64,000 nt of DNA from Candidatus Bathyarchaeia archaeon (GTDB taxonomy: Archaea; Thermoproteota; Bathyarchaeia; Bathyarchaeales; Bathycorpusculaceae): positions 1-64,000 of the forward strand of contig JBEKSS010000002.1 in the NCBI GenBank assembly GCA_049516875.1, read 5' to 3'. Of the stretch, positions 60,435 to 64,000 are shown piece by piece. A model generated the notes under the pieces. That model was not told the DNA's origin. It did not search any database and saw only the letters and a program-made list of their open reading frames with translations. Within the stretch, counting starts at the first letter, position 1, and each line of letters starts with the position of its first letter. A program made the translations under genes and the position numbers.

Positions 60435-61136
60435 ATGGCAGTCGACCAAGAAAACGTGTCAAAAATTCTGTCCGTAATATCTCATAGCCTGAGAAGAGAG
60501 ATTCTCCTAAACCTCAGTGAAAAGAATGAATGCTCCTTCACAGAATTGATGAATGATCTCAATGTGGACACAGGAAAACTTAGTTTTCACATTCGAAGTC
60601 TCGATGTTTTTCTGGAACGGACACCAACTGGGAAATACAGATTAAGCAAAGTAGGCGAAAATGCGGTAAGACTGGTCAAAGACTTAGAAGGGTGGGCAGC
60701 AGAAGCAGAGGTTGCAAGAAAAACATCCAGTCTGCCAATTGCCACCTTCAAGAAAAGAACTCTCGCTTTTCTCATAGACTTTTCTCTGACCCTTGCAATA
60801 TCAATTCTGATAACGCTGCCGAATGCTGTTTCTCTGCTGGCGGGAGGCGCATTCGCTTTGGATACAACCCTCGTTGTTTTTCTCGTTCTTCTGTGGGGAT
60901 ATTCGACCCTTTTGGAGGGATTTGCTGGTCAGAGTTTAGGAAAACGTATTATGGGCCTGAAAGTTGTGAAAATCGACGGCAAAAAACTGTTCTACGACGC
61001 TGCAGCTGTGAGGAATTTTGGCAAAGCTTTTCTACTACCGTTTGACCTGCTCATTGGCCTGAGATTAGAGGACGAGAGGTTTATCAGGTACTTCGACAAG
61101 TTCGCTGGCACAACTGTAATAGACTTGAAACCCTGA
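60435..61136 (+). CDS. wHTH + RDD-domain membrane protein
   Basis: SFTELM..L.VDTGKLSFHI, then RDD motifs KRTLAFLID, GQSLGKRIMGLKVV and DKFAGT.V. Confidence 0.85.
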   Translation: MAVDQENVSKILSVISHSLRREILLNLSEKNECSFTELMNDLNVDTGKLSFHIRSLDVFLERTPTGKYRLSKVGENAVRLVKDLEGWAAEAEVARKTSSLPIATFKKRTLAFLIDFSLTLAISILITLPNAVSLLAGGAFALDTTLVVFLVLLWGYSTLLEGFAGQSLGKRIMGLKVVKIDGKKLFYDAAAVRNFGKAFLLPFDLLIGLRLEDERFIRYFDKFAGTTVIDLKP

Positions 61137-61305
61137 GTCTTCCGTCCTATTTGTCAGCTCCTCTTTGAAAAATGTGCGAAGTCGCATTCGCATTCTTTCC
61201 AAGCAATGTTGACTATTTGCGGAAGTGCGCTTCTTAAAAAGTCTTAAAATCGCCCTCTGTGTTGTCAAAATGGAAAATGAAAGCAAAAAAAGAGGTGAAT
61301 GAAAC

Positions 61306-62652
61306 ATGAAATTGAGTAAACTTCAAATCATAGTGTTGTTCTGTGGTGTTACGGTGGTGTTCTTCGGGTTAAGCCCAAAAAGCCTAGCCTTGACTTCCTC
61401 AAACATATTATTCAAAGAGAACTTTGATTCTGGTTCAACTAGCATGTGGATACCCAAACAATCACATGGCACAGGTACAGTCGTGGCTGAAGCTGCTTTA
61501 CATGGAAGTTATGGACTGAAGCTTTCGACGGATGGAACGGTAGCAGCAGAAACCAAAGCATTGGCAAACCTAGGTTCCAGCTATACTGACGTGTACGCAA
61601 GATGTTACATGAAGTTCCTAGGTCTGCCAACGGGATATGATTTCTGGAATATAATCAGCATGCTTCGTCCTGATTGGATCCCGGACGTGGGCATAAGGCT
61701 TTACGGTCCGAGTCGCAGCAGTGCAAATCAAGTGGAGTTCGGGGTAGGATACCTCAAGAATGGTGCTCTTGCCTGGCTCACTTATGGTCCTGTTGGAGCG
61801 AACAGAATGTACTGCATCGAACTTCATCTAAAAGAGGACGTGACAAACGGAGCAGTTGACCTTTACATCGACAACAATCATGTGCTGGGAGACAGCGGCT
61901 TCGGCAATGGCCATTCTATCCAGCAAGTCCAGTATAACCTCTACGTTGGCAACGCTGGTTCTCCACACACGATTTATGTTGACGATATAGTTGTTGCCAA
62001 CACGTACATAGGAGCTATTCCTCCAGCGAGTACTCCGTCAGTAACTTCGCCACCATCAACCAATCAAACCACTCCACCATATGTTAAAACCAATTTGGCT
62101 GCTATTCCTAACGATTGGTATTTGACTTATGGCAATGGCAAACAAATCATCTTCTTAGACTCCACTGTCGTGCGAACATCGGGAAAACCAAGCATCCGCC
62201 TTGAACCTCATACCGCGAATGACATGAATCGTGCCAGAGAAGTCGACGGCATATGGTATCCCATTAAGCCTGGCGATCACATTGTTGCTAAGTGCTGGAT
62301 GAGAGTCTTAACTGGACCATCAACCTATGGTTACCCTTATTGCGGAGCGCGAATCGGAATAGATTTCGACGGTTATGACGGTGACGGCAAATACGTCATT
62401 TTAGATGCAGCCCAATTCTGGAAGGCGTACTACCAGGGAGATTTCTCTCGGAGCTATGTTCGGGATAGCAATGGCGGCGCGTGGCAGCAGAGGACAATAG
62501 ATATTATCGTTCCTGCAACTGTAGGCGACACTCTAAATCGTCCGTGTGTACCTGATACAATGGTTCTGTGGATGCAAGGAGCACCCTGGATTATCAACCC
62601 TACTGCCAGCAATGTATGGTTTGCCGATGCAGAATTATACATTAACCCATGA
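61306..62652 (+). CDS. secreted protein with lectin-like/carbohydrate-binding beta-sandwich domains
   Basis: Signal peptide, FKENFDSG...IYVDDIVV domain, Pro/Ser/Thr linker and a second domain ending VWFADAEL. Confidence 0.7.
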   Translation: MKLSKLQIIVLFCGVTVVFFGLSPKSLALTSSNILFKENFDSGSTSMWIPKQSHGTGTVVAEAALHGSYGLKLSTDGTVAAETKALANLGSSYTDVYARCYMKFLGLPTGYDFWNIISMLRPDWIPDVGIRLYGPSRSSANQVEFGVGYLKNGALAWLTYGPVGANRMYCIELHLKEDVTNGAVDLYIDNNHVLGDSGFGNGHSIQQVQYNLYVGNAGSPHTIYVDDIVVANTYIGAIPPASTPSVTSPPSTNQTTPPYVKTNLAAIPNDWYLTYGNGKQIIFLDSTVVRTSGKPSIRLEPHTANDMNRAREVDGIWYPIKPGDHIVAKCWMRVLTGPSTYGYPYCGARIGIDFDGYDGDGKYVILDAAQFWKAYYQGDFSRSYVRDSNGGAWQQRTIDIIVPATVGDTLNRPCVPDTMVLWMQGAPWIINPTASNVWFADAELYINP

Positions 62653-62883
62653 GTTGCAACTTACAACGTTCACTTAGAGCATGCGCTAGCGTCAATCTGA
62701 AAGAAAAAGAGGATTTGCAGGACGTGAATAAGGCGGGCTGATTCATTACTTTATTTTTTCTTTTGTCTTTTCTGCGGCTTTTTTGGTCTCTTCGACTCCC
62801 TTTTCCCCAGCCCGCGCATTAGATATTAGCGCGCGCCAGTTAGGGGAAAATGTTGTATTCGCGCGCGCGGGGACGGTGTTTCT

Positions 62884-63762
62884 CTATTCGGTTTCTTTTT
62901 TCATTTTTTCGAGTGCTTCACGTATTCTTAGTGGTTTGTTTGTGAGTGTTTGTTCTGCTTTTTCTACGTTTAGTGAGGAGTCTTTGGGTCTTTTTGCCAA
63001 CCATTTGATGTTTTTCGCTTGTGCGGGTGTTATGTATTTTGTGTCGAGGTTGAAGGTTTTGGCGATGTGTTCGGCGAATTCGTGCCTGCTGAGGCGGGTT
63101 GCTCCGGCCGTGTGTAGGATTCCCTTGACTCTTCTTTCTAATGCTTCTATTATCATCTCAGCCATGTTGACGTTAAGTGTTGGTGAATTCCACTGGTCGG
63201 TTGCTATTTTGACGTCTTCTCTCTTCTGGAGTTTGTCAAGTAGCCATAATGCGAAGTTGGTTTTTTCTGTTGCGGGTGTTGAGCCGTAGATGACGCTGCC
63301 TCGGGCGATGCAGTAGTTGTCCAGGGCTTGGACGGCTTCTTCACCTTTCAGTTTTGTGAGGCCGTAATGGTTGACCGGCGCGGGTTTGTCTGTTTCTTCG
63401 TACATTCCCTTTTCTCCGTCAAAAACGTAGTCTGTGGACACGTATGTGAGAAAGACATCGTGTTCTTTGCAGAGTTGTGCGAGGTGGGCTGTTGCTTGAA
63501 AGTTTGTTCTCCAAGCGAGTTCTTTTTCCAGTTCGCATTTGTCTACGTCGGTCAGTGCGGCGGAGTGTATCACGGCTTCTGGTTTTATTTTTTCAAGGGC
63601 ACGCTGCTGGCCTTTGAGGTTGAGGATGTTGAGTTCGACGAGGTTTCCGTACGCTGGCTTGTGTTGGCTGTAGGCAGAGTAGACTTCGTGCTTGTTTCTC
63701 AGGGCCGTCTCGCACAGTTTCGTGCCCAGTAAGCCGCTTGCACCAGTGATTAAGAGCTTCAC
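62884..63762 (-). CDS. rfbD: dTDP-4-dehydrorhamnose reductase
   Basis: ITGASGLLG, STDYVFDG, YGLTKLKGE, DQWNSPT and AKRP motifs. Confidence 0.95.
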   Translation of the reverse strand: MKLLITGASGLLGTKLCETALRNKHEVYSAYSQHKPAYGNLVELNILNLKGQQRALEKIKPEAVIHSAALTDVDKCELEKELAWRTNFQATAHLAQLCKEHDVFLTYVSTDYVFDGEKGMYEETDKPAPVNHYGLTKLKGEEAVQALDNYCIARGSVIYGSTPATEKTNFALWLLDKLQKREDVKIATDQWNSPTLNVNMAEMIIEALERRVKGILHTAGATRLSRHEFAEHIAKTFNLDTKYITPAQAKNIKWLAKRPKDSSLNVEKAEQTLTNKPLRIREALEKMKKETE

Positions 63763-64000
63763 AGGGGCTCACTTTTCTTCCAGGGTGTCGGACTCAAGAC
63801 CTGTTCTGTCGCTAGCTGTTTCCACCATGACTCGTTGTGGATGTACCAGTCAACGGTGTCCTTCAGAGCCTTTTCGAAAGAATGTTTGGGTTTCCAGCCT
63901 AACTCTGAGCGTATTCGTGAAGAGTCTAGGCTGTATCTTGCATCGTGTCCCGGTCTGTCTTCCACGAAGGCTATTAGATCCTGATGTTTGCCCAGTTGTT
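63759..64000 (-). CDS. rfbB: dTDP-glucose 4,6-dehydratase, 3' part (partial)
   Basis: FVEDRPGHDARYSLD...ELGWKP...TVDWY..NESWW. Confidence 0.92.
   Translation of the reverse strand, partial: QLGKHQDLIAFVEDRPGHDARYSLDSSRIRSELGWKPKHSFEKALKDTVDWYIHNESWWKQLATEQVLSPTPWKKSEPL

Noticed and set aside
62800-62880. Structured ncRNA from the GCGCGC runs after rfbD
   Set aside because: Pairing is short and low-complexity, with no recognisable family motif.

Overview
Archaeal chromosomal window, most consistent with Bathyarchaeia (inferred from the 16S rRNA 5' end, TATA/BRE promoters, frequent TTG/GTG starts, dockerin-tagged secreted proteins and gene content). It contains the 16S rRNA 5' end, SRP RNA, tRNA-Ser(GCT), tRNA-Asn(GTT) and tRNA-Pro(CGG). 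Core genes include moaA/B/C, cdc6/orc1, pdaD, glycolysis and glycogen genes (tpiA, debranching enzyme, galT, ATP-type and PPi-type PFK, fba), ABC exporters, HtrA, porGDAB, divergent pyrB/pyrI and rfbBD, plus several pseudogenes. The most unusual locus is at 53-60 kb. An intact wHTH-ATP-cone-NrdD fusion there has lost all catalytic cysteines and the glycyl-radical motif. It ends 34 nt before a tandem array of a 62-bp double-palindrome repeat, which also occurs after pyrB and tRNA-Pro. The strand composition flips sharply from A/C-rich to G/T-rich at this array, as expected at a replication origin. Also notable are two dockerin-tagged cysteine proteases with a cohesin-like remnant, a 2-kb integrase-less island at tRNA-Asn carrying a Zn-finger PIN toxin module, a stand-alone long NurA-HerA pair, and a duplicated 47-bp promoter/operator. 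All calls were made by eye from motifs; no searches were run.
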